From contig CAWIYV010000004.1 in assembly GCA_963840455.1 (NCBI GenBank), positions 32,001 to 96,000 of the forward strand: a DNA stretch of 64,000 nucleotides, read 5' to 3'. How positions within the stretch are numbered: the stretch's first letter is position 1; each line of letters begins with the position of its first letter. The notes below the pieces were generated by a model that searched no databases, had not been told where the DNA came from, and worked only from the letters and a program-made list of their open reading frames with translations. A program made the translations under genes and the position numbers. Origin of the DNA: Nitrospirota bacterium (GTDB taxonomy: Bacteria > Nitrospirota > UBA9217). This document shows positions 19,060 through 28,139 of the stretch, one piece after another.

Positions 19060-19109
19060 TGGTTGGAGTTGTTCCTGCGCCTTCTGCCTTCAGACCTCAG
19101 CCTCCTGCC

Positions 19110-19442
19110 TCAATGGTCATGGCCTGACGCGCTATGCCCTCCCGAGATCACATACACGGCCTCTGAGCCGGTCCTGTTCTCCGCAATGCACATTTCCTCT
19201 CCTTTGAGATGGATGGCCTGGCCCTGCTTCAGCGTCACCGTGACCGCTCCCGTTAAGGTCAGGCCGCCTGTTATAACCATGATCATCTCCTCGTGGCCCC
19301 TGCCCGGCCTCAGCTCGCGCCCCTTTTCGCCGGCCCTGAGCACGCCGTAGATAAGATAGCACGCGTGGCTGCCGGTCTCATCAAAACCCAGGATGTACTC
19401 CCCAGACCCCGCGATCCTGCTGGCCACTTCGAACACCTTCAT
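19110..19442 (-). CDS. Cupin-like hypothetical protein
   Basis: GSHACYLIYG...GHEEM beta-rich cupin-like pattern; SD GAGG. Confidence 0.65.
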   Translation of the reverse strand: MKVFEVASRIAGSGEYILGFDETGSHACYLIYGVLRAGEKGRELRPGRGHEEMIMVITGGLTLTGAVTVTLKQGQAIHLKGEEMCIAENRTGSEAVYVISGGHSASGHDH

Positions 19443-19629
19443 ATACGCACCTCACTGACACCTCAATGATGTCGATCACGTCACAACGACTCTATCACAG
19501 GATATAGCATAGTGCAATACAGCGAAGGTACCGTTTGTCAGGTCCTGCCGCCCTGTGTGATGCGAGCAAGGTCCTTTTCATCTGGTTTGAGCTCTGGTAC
19601 TATGACATGGCCAGAATGAGGAGGGAACA

Positions 19630-20241
19630 ATGGCAGCAACGACTGATGCCGGAGAACGGAAGGCCTGGGAGACCCTGGCAACGCTCAAGACTGCCGACGT
19701 TTGCAGGGCAGCGGCCGTGAGCTATGATGCTGCGTCGGGGCTCTATACGGTCAGGTCGTTCGGACAGGACATCGTTGTATCGCCAAAGTACCGGACGGTG
19801 TCGGGCTTGCTTCCGGTGACCGGCTGCCTTCCCGGCGAATACGGGGAATTGTTCCCGCTGGCGGTCCTCTGGTACCTGGTGCTCGCGAAGGACATTGTCC
19901 CAACGGGGAAGCTCGTCCACCTGGAGGACCTCCGCGGCGGGGACATCTTCGCCCGGGGGTCCCATGTACTGCCGCTGGAAAAGGTGGCCAAAAGATACGA
20001 AAATGACCGGGAAGGCTTCCTGAAGAAAGGGCTTGATCAGGGAGGTGAAACAATTCCGCTCGCAGACGCGGCGGTCCGGCTCACCCCCCTGCCGCGCGTG
20101 CCAATGACCATGACGTTCTGGCTTGCCGACGAGGAGTTCCCGGCGCGGGCGGGACTCTTTTTTGATTCCACCTGCAGTCTGCAGCTTCCCACCGACATCC
20201 TGTGGTCCCTTGCCAGGCTCTGCTGCCTCGCCCTGTTGTAA
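19630..20241 (+). CDS. DUF3786 domain protein
   Basis: LPRVP...WLADEEFPARAGLFFDST motif; SD GAGGAG. Confidence 0.8.
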   Translation: MAATTDAGERKAWETLATLKTADVCRAAAVSYDAASGLYTVRSFGQDIVVSPKYRTVSGLLPVTGCLPGEYGELFPLAVLWYLVLAKDIVPTGKLVHLEDLRGGDIFARGSHVLPLEKVAKRYENDREGFLKKGLDQGGETIPLADAAVRLTPLPRVPMTMTFWLADEEFPARAGLFFDSTCSLQLPTDILWSLARLCCLALL

Positions 20242-20245
20242 GCTC

Positions 20246-22075
20246 CTACATCTCCACCCGCGTTACCACGCCGTGCAGTTTGTTCGCCGGAAGCTTGAAG
20301 AACTGCACGATGTTCGGCGTCAGCTTCTTGATGACCGAGAACGCCTGCCAGCAGATGTTCGTTGCCGTGATGTCCTCGACCCCGTAGAAGATCGTCTTCT
20401 CCCTGATGTCCGCTTCCCGAAGGATCTCCTCCACGTCGGGGATCTCCATGTACCCCATCTGGATCTCGAAGGACCGGAGCCCCGGCGCAAGGTCCTCCTT
20501 GAAGTAGCCGGTCACGCCGAAGGGATCGTCACGCCGGACGATCGAGACGATGATATTGTCCTCGTAGAGGATGTTGTTCTTGAACATGGTGTGGACCACA
20601 TAAGGGGGGATCTCTTTCGCGTCCTTGGCGAAGAACAGCGCCGTGCCGCTGATCTTGTTCACGGCCTGGTAGATCTGATTATAGCTCAGCAGGAACACAT
20701 CCAGCTGCAGCGGCTGGAGCGCATTATAGAGCTTCTTCTGTCCCCGCGTGTACAGCATGATCATGCTGAACGGCATCGAAGCGATGATGAGCGACCAGAA
20801 CCCGCCGTGGGGGATCTTGTAGGTGTTGGACACGAGGAAGGCAATGTTCACCACGGTCACGAAGATCGAAACGGCAGCGTGCCCGTATTTCCCGCGACGC
20901 AGGAAGATCCAGGTCATCATGAAACCGGTCAGCGTCATGGTCCCCGTGACCGCCAGGCCGTAAGCTGCCGCCAGGTTGCTCGACCGCTGGAACTCGAACA
21001 TGATGAACAGCACGGCGATCAGCAGGAACCAGTTGACGGACCCGATGTAGATCTGCGACTGGCGCTCGCGTGAAGTGTAGTCGATCCTGAACATGGGCAT
21101 GACGCGGGTGGCGATGCCCTGGTACACGATGGAGAACATGCCGCTGATCATGGCCTGCGATGCAATGACCGTGGCCATGATGCTGAGCACCAGGAACGGG
21201 ATGTAGAGCGGCCGGGCCTGGTTGAACACCATTTCGAACAGCACGTTCTTGGCATCGGGATGGGCGATGACGAAGGCGCCCTGACCCAGGTAGTTGATGA
21301 TCAGTGCGAAGAACACGAAGTACCATGCACGGACGATGGGCGCCCTGCCCAGATGCCCCATGTCGGCATACAGCGCCTCGCCTCCCGTGGCGCAGAGGAT
21401 GACCTCGGACAGGACAAAGAACCCGGTGATACCGTGATCCACCAGGAAGTTGACCGCATAGTACGGATTGACGGCCAGGACGACGTACGGGGCGTGGATA
21501 ATGGACGCGAGACCGGACAGCGTGAGCGCCGCGAACCAGACGATCATGATCGGGCCGAACGCCGCAGCCACCTTCTCCGTTCCCTTTTTCTGGACCGAGA
21601 AGAGGGCGATGGCTATGAGGCCGGCGATGGCGATCAGGGCCGCCTGTTTGGTCTCCTCGAGCCCCGGGATCAGGAGCAGGCCTTCCACGGCGCTCAGGAT
21701 ACTGATTGCAGGAGTAATGACGCCGTCGCCGATGATGAGAGAGATGCCGATGAAGGAAAGCAGGGTGATAAAGGTCACCTGCCTGCCGGACCGGAGGAGC
21801 GGGACGAGGATCTCCCGCAGCACGATCGTGCCGCCCTCGCCCCGGTGGCCGAGACTCATGGCAAGCCAGGCGTACTGGACCGTGACCAGGAGGATGAGTG
21901 TCCAGACGATGAGCGACAGGACACCGACCACATGCTCATCTGTTACCGGCTTCGGCATCAGCAGGAAGATGACCGTGAGGGTGTAGATGGGGCTTGTGCC
22001 GATGTCGCCGAACACCAGGCCGAGCGACTGAACGATGCCGCGGAGAGAGATTTTTTTCTTCGTCATAGCGCCCAT
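20246..22075 (-). CDS. kup: KUP/HAK/KT potassium transporter
   Basis: GDIGTSPIY, GEGG, GDGVITPAISILSAVEG, TGGEALYADMGH, AAAYGLAVTGTM. Confidence 0.96.
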   Translation of the reverse strand: MGAMTKKKISLRGIVQSLGLVFGDIGTSPIYTLTVIFLLMPKPVTDEHVVGVLSLIVWTLILLVTVQYAWLAMSLGHRGEGGTIVLREILVPLLRSGRQVTFITLLSFIGISLIIGDGVITPAISILSAVEGLLLIPGLEETKQAALIAIAGLIAIALFSVQKKGTEKVAAAFGPIMIVWFAALTLSGLASIIHAPYVVLAVNPYYAVNFLVDHGITGFFVLSEVILCATGGEALYADMGHLGRAPIVRAWYFVFFALIINYLGQGAFVIAHPDAKNVLFEMVFNQARPLYIPFLVLSIMATVIASQAMISGMFSIVYQGIATRVMPMFRIDYTSRERQSQIYIGSVNWFLLIAVLFIMFEFQRSSNLAAAYGLAVTGTMTLTGFMMTWIFLRRGKYGHAAVSIFVTVVNIAFLVSNTYKIPHGGFWSLIIASMPFSMIMLYTRGQKKLYNALQPLQLDVFLLSYNQIYQAVNKISGTALFFAKDAKEIPPYVVHTMFKNNILYEDNIIVSIVRRDDPFGVTGYFKEDLAPGLRSFEIQMGYMEIPDVEEILREADIREKTIFYGVEDITATNICWQAFSVIKKLTPNIVQFFKLPANKLHGVVTRVEM

Positions 22076-22290
22076 CCCGGCAGGGCCCCCTTGAGATAGT
22101 GGAACACCTGGACCCTACCGTTCAACCGGCCAGCCACGTAGATGCGGTCGTTCCCATCGATGGCGATCCCCGCCGGGAGAGGAAAATATCCTGACCGGGG
22201 CCCAAACTGCCCGATAATGAGCAGAACATTCCCCTGATGGTCAAATTTGAACATTGCTGAAGGCCGCGTCGGTCACGATACTGGACAGTA
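22063..22290 (-). pseudogene. Frameshifted C-terminal remnant of an NHL-repeat protein
   Basis: VTDAAFSNVQI / frameshift / FDHQGNVLLIIG...LPAGIAIDGNDRIYVA..NGRVQVF. Confidence 0.7.
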
Positions 22291-22393
22291 CCGCTATGAA
22301 GAATCGATTGTGGATCATATTGCAAAGGTATGCAGACAATGATCGACTGTTAGTATACCATAAAAACAGGTGTCCGCCTCTTACTTTCCAGGG

Positions 22394-22548
22394 TAATCCC
22401 GCAGAACACTGAAGAGTTAGCGCTCGCTCCTGGATTTAAGCTCCCTGCTGCAAGAGGCATGGAGCTTCGATCCTCAGAGAACTCTGTTATTCTAATCGCT
22501 CGCTGGCCCCGCGGCAGACTGCGGGGAATGCGCTCGCTCCTGGATTTA
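22394..22548 (+). repeat. Double-hairpin dispersed repeat, copy 2 (about 1.4 tandem units)
   Basis: Two GCGCTCGCTCCTGGATTTA ends; CTAATCGCTCGCT core; CCCCGCGG..CTGCGGGG hairpin. Confidence 0.8.
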
Positions 22549-22719
22549 AGGTGAATTGTTGACTGCGATGGCAGCTTCCCCGGGGCCATCGACCATCGCA
22601 GTACCGGTAAATATGTTCTTGACAGGCTATGCGATATTCGTTTAAATATACCCTATGAAAAATATCAGCTGCCAGCACTGCCAACTGAAAGAGATCTATT
22701 GATCCGGCCTTCCGGATGA

Positions 22720-23541
22720 ATGTCTGATATGGCACGGTACCCGGCAAGGCTGTGTATGCTCAGCGTAGAGATCATGACCGTCCTCATCATGGGTGCTGCG
22801 CTGGCCTGCGTGAGCGACACCACTTCGGAAGGCATTTCAGGGACGCAATTCGATCTCGTCTGGAAATATCCAAAACTCCCCCCTCCGGCCCAGTACGGCA
22901 ATATCCTGATCAGCCGCCTGACCCGCAGCAGCACGCACCTGCCGGTCGCCTTCTCACACTGGGTCCACCGGCGCTTCTATACGTGCCGTGTCTGCCATTT
23001 CGAGCTGAACTTCGCCATGAAGACGAACGCGTCGGACATCACGGAAGCAACGATCCGGAAGGGCGATTACTGTGGGGCATGTCACAACGGCAAGATCGCG
23101 TTCGGCATCAACGATTCCACATGCGGGAACTGTCACACCGGCAAGATCAACTCGTCCGATGACCGCTTCTCTCTCCTGAAGGACTTCCCGAAGGCAAGAT
23201 ACGGTGACGAGATCAACTGGGTCAAAGCGCTCAAAAAGGGCCTCATTACGCCGAAGCAGAGTCTCTTTAATCCGGACTATGAGCCGATCCAGTTCGAAAA
23301 GATCCTGCGTCTTGAGCCCGAAAGGAGGATGATTAAGACCCGGGCGATCTTCCCCCACCAGAAGCACACCGATTGGCTCGACTGCGCCGATTGTCATCCC
23401 GGCATCTTCAACATCCAGAAGAAGGGCGCCCAGCGTTTCCGTATGGACTACATCAATAGCGGGATGTTCTGCGGCGTCTGCCACCTCACTGTCGCCTTCC
23501 CTGTCCAGGACTGCAGGAGATGCCACCCTGACCTGAATTGA
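22720..23541 (+). CDS. Hexaheme cytochrome c with two c7-type triheme domains
   Basis: Six CxxCH motifs (CRVCH, CGACH, CGNCH, CADCH, CGVCH, CRRCH), FSHWVH and FPHQKH ligand motifs; start uncertain (22720/22756/22774). Confidence 0.9.
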   Translation: MSDMARYPARLCMLSVEIMTVLIMGAALACVSDTTSEGISGTQFDLVWKYPKLPPPAQYGNILISRLTRSSTHLPVAFSHWVHRRFYTCRVCHFELNFAMKTNASDITEATIRKGDYCGACHNGKIAFGINDSTCGNCHTGKINSSDDRFSLLKDFPKARYGDEINWVKALKKGLITPKQSLFNPDYEPIQFEKILRLEPERRMIKTRAIFPHQKHTDWLDCADCHPGIFNIQKKGAQRFRMDYINSGMFCGVCHLTVAFPVQDCRRCHPDLN

Positions 23542-23962
23542 CCCCACCCGATCCCCTGGCCGTGTGCAATGAGCGCTCCCCGACGACCCTGTCCAGATCA
23601 TGCTCGATCGCTGCAGTGACGCATGAACGAAAACGGTGGTTGAAACACAGATGAACACGGTTTAAAGAGCGGAGCAGAACCTTATGAGACGGAGGAACGT
23701 CACCCCACGGGTGATTCTTGTGTTTGGTTTATGATTCTGGAATATCCGTGTCGCTGAGAAGCGCCTGCTTTTGGTTATCCGTGTTGATGCGCGGCCAATG
23801 ATTTTTCAGGATCAGAGACCTGACGAGCAGGGTCGGGCAATACGAGCGGGAGCGCTGTAGCGCGGTCAGCGGTACCGGAAACCGCGGAGTCAGCCTGCAA
23901 ACGCTAGCCGCTGTAGCAGAGCAGCCGGGAGCACCATTCGCCTTCGGGTTCAACAGCAACGG

Positions 23963-24051
23963 TCAGATCAGACCAAACCGTTTCATGCGCCGGCGGAACG
24001 CGTCGCGGGGCATTTTCAGCAGCTGCGCAGCCCGGGTCTTAGTAATGCCAT
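23963..24051 (-). pseudogene. Deletion scar of a sigma54 response regulator (SD plus start joined to Fis-HTH tail)
   Basis: AAGGAG..ATG GCA TTA joined out of frame to KTRAAQLLKMPRDAFRRRMKRFGLI*. Confidence 0.65.
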
Positions 24052-24054
24052 GGT

Positions 24055-25545
24055 TCAGGCGCTCCTTGTTTGTTCTTCGTTCTTGGGCAAGGGAAGGGTG
24101 ATCGTGAAGGTCGCTCCCCTGCCCGGCGCGCTCTCCACGCCGAGTTCGCCTTTGTGCTGCTCCACGATCCGTTGCGTAATGGACAGACCCAGCCCCGTGC
24201 CCTGATGGCGCGTGGTGAAGAAGGGGATGAATATCCTGCCCAGGTTCTCGGGCGTAATGCCATCCCCGGAGTCCGTGAAGACGATCTTGATCGCGCCGGG
24301 AATGTCGCCTTCACGCTCCTCGGCCCGCGTTTCGACCGAGAATTTTCCGCCCTCCGGCATGGCCTTGATGGCGTTCAGGGAGATGTTCAAAAGGGCCTGC
24401 TGCATCAGGTCCGGATCAAGGACCAGCCACGGCAGGCCGACCGTGAGCTTCCGCTCGACAGTGATGCCGTGTTTGGCGAACTGCGGCGAAAGGAAGTCGA
24501 TAAGCTTCCCGATGAGCTCGTTGATGTCCACGAGAGTCATCTTGGGTTCGGGCGGCCGGGCGAAGGAGAGGAGGTTCCGGACCGCCTTGTCCATGCGCTC
24601 CACCTGGGACAGCACCTCGTCCAATATGCCACGTTTCGGGTCACCGGCCGCGATGTCCTTCTTCAGCACCTGGATCACACCGGCAATGCCCGCCAACGGG
24701 TTTTTGATCTCATGGGCGATGCCGGCCGCCATCTCGCCGATGGATGCCAGACGGTCCGCCCGTTTCATCTGCTCGTAATGGTATCGCTCCACCCGGCGCC
24801 GGGCACGCTCCAGCTTGGACAGGAGCGAGTTGAACGCCTCGCCGAGCCTCCCGATGTCGTCGGCGCTCCTTACCTGCACCCGCGCCTCCAGCCCCCGCTC
24901 GGCGCGCTCCATGGTAGCAATGAGGTCCTGGATGGGGTCCGTAACGAACCGGGTCAGGAAGAGCCCGAGGAGGAGCGCCAGCGTCGCGGTGATGCCTAAG
25001 GCCCAGAGTATCATGGTCTTGCTGAGCTCGCCTACCTTTTCCTGCGTCTGGACCATGGACACGTCCACGGCCAGGATGCCGTTCAGCTTCGTCGAGGACC
25101 CATGGCAGCGAACGCATTGTTCCGTGTTCGCGATCGGGAAGAGCACGGAAAACACGCCTTCGTCCCGCCGCTTGATGGGCTTCTTGAACTCGCCCTCCAG
25201 GAACCATTTCTGGGTGGCGGCATCGACCTTCCGGCCGATCAGCCACGGTTTCGATGACTTCAGGATCACGCCGCTGGGGCTGAAGATCTTCAATTCCCGG
25301 ATATTCTGGTAGGTGCCGACGGCTTCGAGGACGTGCTGGACCTCCTTGCTCATGCCGTCCAGCATGGCGTTCGCGAGGCTCTGCTCGATGGTATTGGAGA
25401 TGATGAGGACGTTGTCCTCGAGTGCGGACTCCATCTGTGCACGCTGGTAGCCGATGTTGATCCACGTACCCGTACCGATGATGACTGCCAGGATGGCGGA
25501 CACCGAGATGATGATCTTGCTCTTGAGGCTCGAGACGAATCTCAC
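24055..25545 (-). CDS. HAMP sensor histidine kinase with periplasmic CxxCH (heme c) sensor
   Basis: Two TMs, [23 protein letters not shown]. Confidence 0.92.
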   Translation of the reverse strand: MRFVSSLKSKIIISVSAILAVIIGTGTWINIGYQRAQMESALEDNVLIISNTIEQSLANAMLDGMSKEVQHVLEAVGTYQNIRELKIFSPSGVILKSSKPWLIGRKVDAATQKWFLEGEFKKPIKRRDEGVFSVLFPIANTEQCVRCHGSSTKLNGILAVDVSMVQTQEKVGELSKTMILWALGITATLALLLGLFLTRFVTDPIQDLIATMERAERGLEARVQVRSADDIGRLGEAFNSLLSKLERARRRVERYHYEQMKRADRLASIGEMAAGIAHEIKNPLAGIAGVIQVLKKDIAAGDPKRGILDEVLSQVERMDKAVRNLLSFARPPEPKMTLVDINELIGKLIDFLSPQFAKHGITVERKLTVGLPWLVLDPDLMQQALLNISLNAIKAMPEGGKFSVETRAEEREGDIPGAIKIVFTDSGDGITPENLGRIFIPFFTTRHQGTGLGLSITQRIVEQHKGELGVESAPGRGATFTITLPLPKNEEQTRSA

Positions 25546-26477
25546 GCCGTCCTCACCTGCCCGACCAGCTCCCGCACGCTGCCGACACCCTGCTGCTCCA
25601 GGAACGCCCTGATGCCTTCCGCCACATCAACGGTCGCGCGGGGGTTCACAAAGTTCGCCGTCCCTACGGCGACCGCGGAGGCCCCTGCCAGGATGAACTC
25701 CAGGGCGTCCTCGGCCGTCATGATGCCGCCCATGCCGATGATCGGCAGGCTGACCGCTTTCGCCGCCTGCCAGACCATGCGCACGGCGACCGGCCTGATC
25801 GCCGGGCCGGAGAGCCCGCCCGTGCAGTTCGCCAGCCTCGGCCTCCGGCTCCGCACGTCGATGGCCATGCCGAGGAGCGTGTTGATGAGGGACAACCCAT
25901 CGCACCCTGCATCGCGCGCCGCCTTCGCGAACTCGGTGATGTCCGTCACGTTCGGGGAAAGCTTGGCGATGACCGGGAGCTTCGTGGCCTTCCGCACGGC
26001 CGAAAGGAGCTCAAAAGCGGCCGTGAGGTTCGTGCCGAACACGATGCCGCCGGCCTTCACGTTGGGGCACGAGATGTTCACCTCGAGGCCGGACACGCCG
26101 GGCACACCGTCCAACCGCTCCGCCACGCCCACGTACTCCTCGAGACTGTAGCCGAAGATGTTCACGATGACCGCCGTATCATAGATCCTGAGGAATGGGA
26201 GCTTGTCCCGGAGAAAGACGTCCACGCCCGGGTTCTCAAGGCCGATGGCGTTCAGCATGCCCGCCGGAGTCTCCCAGATGCGCGGCGGCGGGTTTCCGTT
26301 GATCGGTTTGAGGGAGATCCCTTTGACGATCACGCCGCCGAGCCGGTTCAGGTCGACGATATCGGCGTACTCCTCACCGTAACCGAAGGTCCCCGACGCG
26401 GTCAGCACCGGGTTCTTCAGCTTGATCCCGGCGAAGTCGATGGCGAGATCGATGCTCATTTTTTTCTTTGGCTGCAT
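25542..26477 (-). CDS. pyrD: Dihydroorotate dehydrogenase B catalytic subunit
   Basis: [40 protein letters not shown]; start 26477 or 26459. Confidence 0.96.
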   Translation of the reverse strand: MQPKKKMSIDLAIDFAGIKLKNPVLTASGTFGYGEEYADIVDLNRLGGVIVKGISLKPINGNPPPRIWETPAGMLNAIGLENPGVDVFLRDKLPFLRIYDTAVIVNIFGYSLEEYVGVAERLDGVPGVSGLEVNISCPNVKAGGIVFGTNLTAAFELLSAVRKATKLPVIAKLSPNVTDITEFAKAARDAGCDGLSLINTLLGMAIDVRSRRPRLANCTGGLSGPAIRPVAVRMVWQAAKAVSLPIIGMGGIMTAEDALEFILAGASAVAVGTANFVNPRATVDVAEGIRAFLEQQGVGSVRELVGQVRTA

Positions 26478-26588
26478 AGACGCGCTTCCGTTGATACGGA
26501 CACTGTTGGCGGCAAGGATCATGAAGAGGAAAAAAGATATGCTGTCTTACGGGCCCAGCCTGCGCTCTTACCCTTGTACCGCCTCGTG

Positions 26589-26749
26589 TTGAAGCTCCCT
26601 GCAGTAAGCTGCAGGGAATCTTCGGTCCTCAAGGTAGTAATAGATCATTCTAATCGCTCGCTAACCCGCTGCACTCGCGGGTCCACTCGTAAACGCTGGG
26701 GGCAGGACCCCGCAGCAAGCTGCGTGGTTAGCGTTCGTTCCTGGATTCA
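26589..26749 (+). repeat. Double-hairpin dispersed repeat, copy 3 (with about 45 bp insert)
   Basis: CCCTGCAG-TAAG-CTGCAGGG ... CCTCAAGGTAGTA ... CTAATCGCTCGCTAACC ... CCCCGCAG-CAAG-CTGCG ... CCTGGATTCA. Confidence 0.85.
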
Positions 26750-26866
26750 CCTTTCGACCAGGAACAGAGAATACGTTACGCCATAAAGTTCACCGGGGAC
26801 ACCGAGGAAAAAATCGGCAAGCATGTACGCACATTTTTTTGTGGTCTCTGTGGTAAAAGATGCTTG

Positions 26867-27670
26867 CTAGAGTAATTTGACAGCCCACTCGACCTCGCGC
26901 GAGTCGAACACCGGTCCTTCCTTGCAGACGCGCTTGTATCCGCCCGCCTTCATGGCAATGGAGCAGCCCATGCAAACGCCCAGGCCGCAGGCCATGCGCT
27001 CCTCCATAGAGACATAACAGGGTACTGCGTGCTCTGCGGCGAGCCTGCTTACCGCGGCGAGCATGGCATGGGGACCGCAGGCGTAGATGACCGGCCGGCC
27101 GTCGCGCGCCTGACCGGAAAGATATTCCGCAAGGCTGTCGGTAACGAAACCGCAGGTGCCGCGGCTGCCGTCCTCGGTGGCGTAATGGATGGCCTTCACA
27201 CGCGAACGGAAGTCCTTCATGGCCGACATCGGCGGCAGGCATTCTTTATCGCGGGACCCCGCGAACACCCGGGACTGTTTTCCGTACCGGGCCGCAAAAT
27301 AGAGGAGCGGCGGGAACCCGCTGCCGCCTGCGATGAGAAGGGGCGTCGCGCCCTTTGCCGGTGCCGGGAAACCGTTGCCCAAGGGTCCAATAACGGACAG
27401 AATGCTTCCCTTCTTAACCGCCGTAAGCAGAGTCGTACCCCTGCCAACCACCCGGTAGTAAAGTTCAAGGGACCTCTTTGCGATGATCGAGGAAATGCCG
27501 AAGGGACGGGCAAGGAGCGGGTCAAGGTTCTCCGACACCCTGAGCATGACGAAATGGCCGGGGACGGAGACAGAGGCAAGCGCCGGCGCCTGGAGCACGA
27601 GCCGATAAAATCCCCTGCCTGCCGGCCGGTGATGGAGCACGGTCGCGCGGTGCAGCTTACTCGACGGCAA
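26867..27670 (-). CDS. pyrK: Dihydroorotate dehydrogenase electron transfer subunit
   Basis: GPLGNGF, AGGSG, ACGP, EERMACGLGVCMGC, CKEGPVF. Confidence 0.93.
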   Translation of the reverse strand: MPSSKLHRATVLHHRPAGRGFYRLVLQAPALASVSVPGHFVMLRVSENLDPLLARPFGISSIIAKRSLELYYRVVGRGTTLLTAVKKGSILSVIGPLGNGFPAPAKGATPLLIAGGSGFPPLLYFAARYGKQSRVFAGSRDKECLPPMSAMKDFRSRVKAIHYATEDGSRGTCGFVTDSLAEYLSGQARDGRPVIYACGPHAMLAAVSRLAAEHAVPCYVSMEERMACGLGVCMGCSIAMKAGGYKRVCKEGPVFDSREVEWAVKLL

Positions 27671-28139
27671 TCTCGATCTCCTGGATCTCGTATTCCACGG
27701 TCTTGGCAGGCGTGGTGATGGTCACCACGTCGCCCACCTTGTGGCCGATGAGCGCCTTGCCCACGGGCGACTGCACCGAGATCTTGCCTTTTTTCAGGTC
27801 GGCCTCTTCCTGGCCCACCAGGGTGTACTTCCTGATATCGCCGGATGACCTGTCCGCAAGCGTAACCGTCATGCCGAACACGACCTTTTCGTTCGTCAGT
27901 TTCGAGACATCGATGATCTGGGCGTGGGCAAGCTTGTGCTCCAGCTCGCGCTTCTTGGCGTCGATGTGGCCCTGGCGCTCCTTCGCAGCGTGGTACTCGG
28001 CGTTCTCCGAGAGGTCGCCATGTCCCCGGGCCTCCTCGATGTCCCTGATGTTCTTGGGGCGCTCCACTTTCATCAGGTGGTCGAGCTCCTTCTTGATCTT
28101 TTCGTAGCCCTCTCTGGTCATCGGAACTTTCTTGGTCAT
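27657..28139 (-). CDS. greA: Transcription elongation factor GreA
   Basis: [33 protein letters not shown]. Confidence 0.96.
   Translation of the reverse strand: MTKKVPMTREGYEKIKKELDHLMKVERPKNIRDIEEARGHGDLSENAEYHAAKERQGHIDAKKRELEHKLAHAQIIDVSKLTNEKVVFGMTVTLADRSSGDIRKYTLVGQEEADLKKGKISVQSPVGKALIGHKVGDVVTITTPAKTVEYEIQEIEIAVE

Noticed and set aside
6489-28139. Both greA and greB in one window
   Set aside because: Ordinary; carB-greA linkage is widespread
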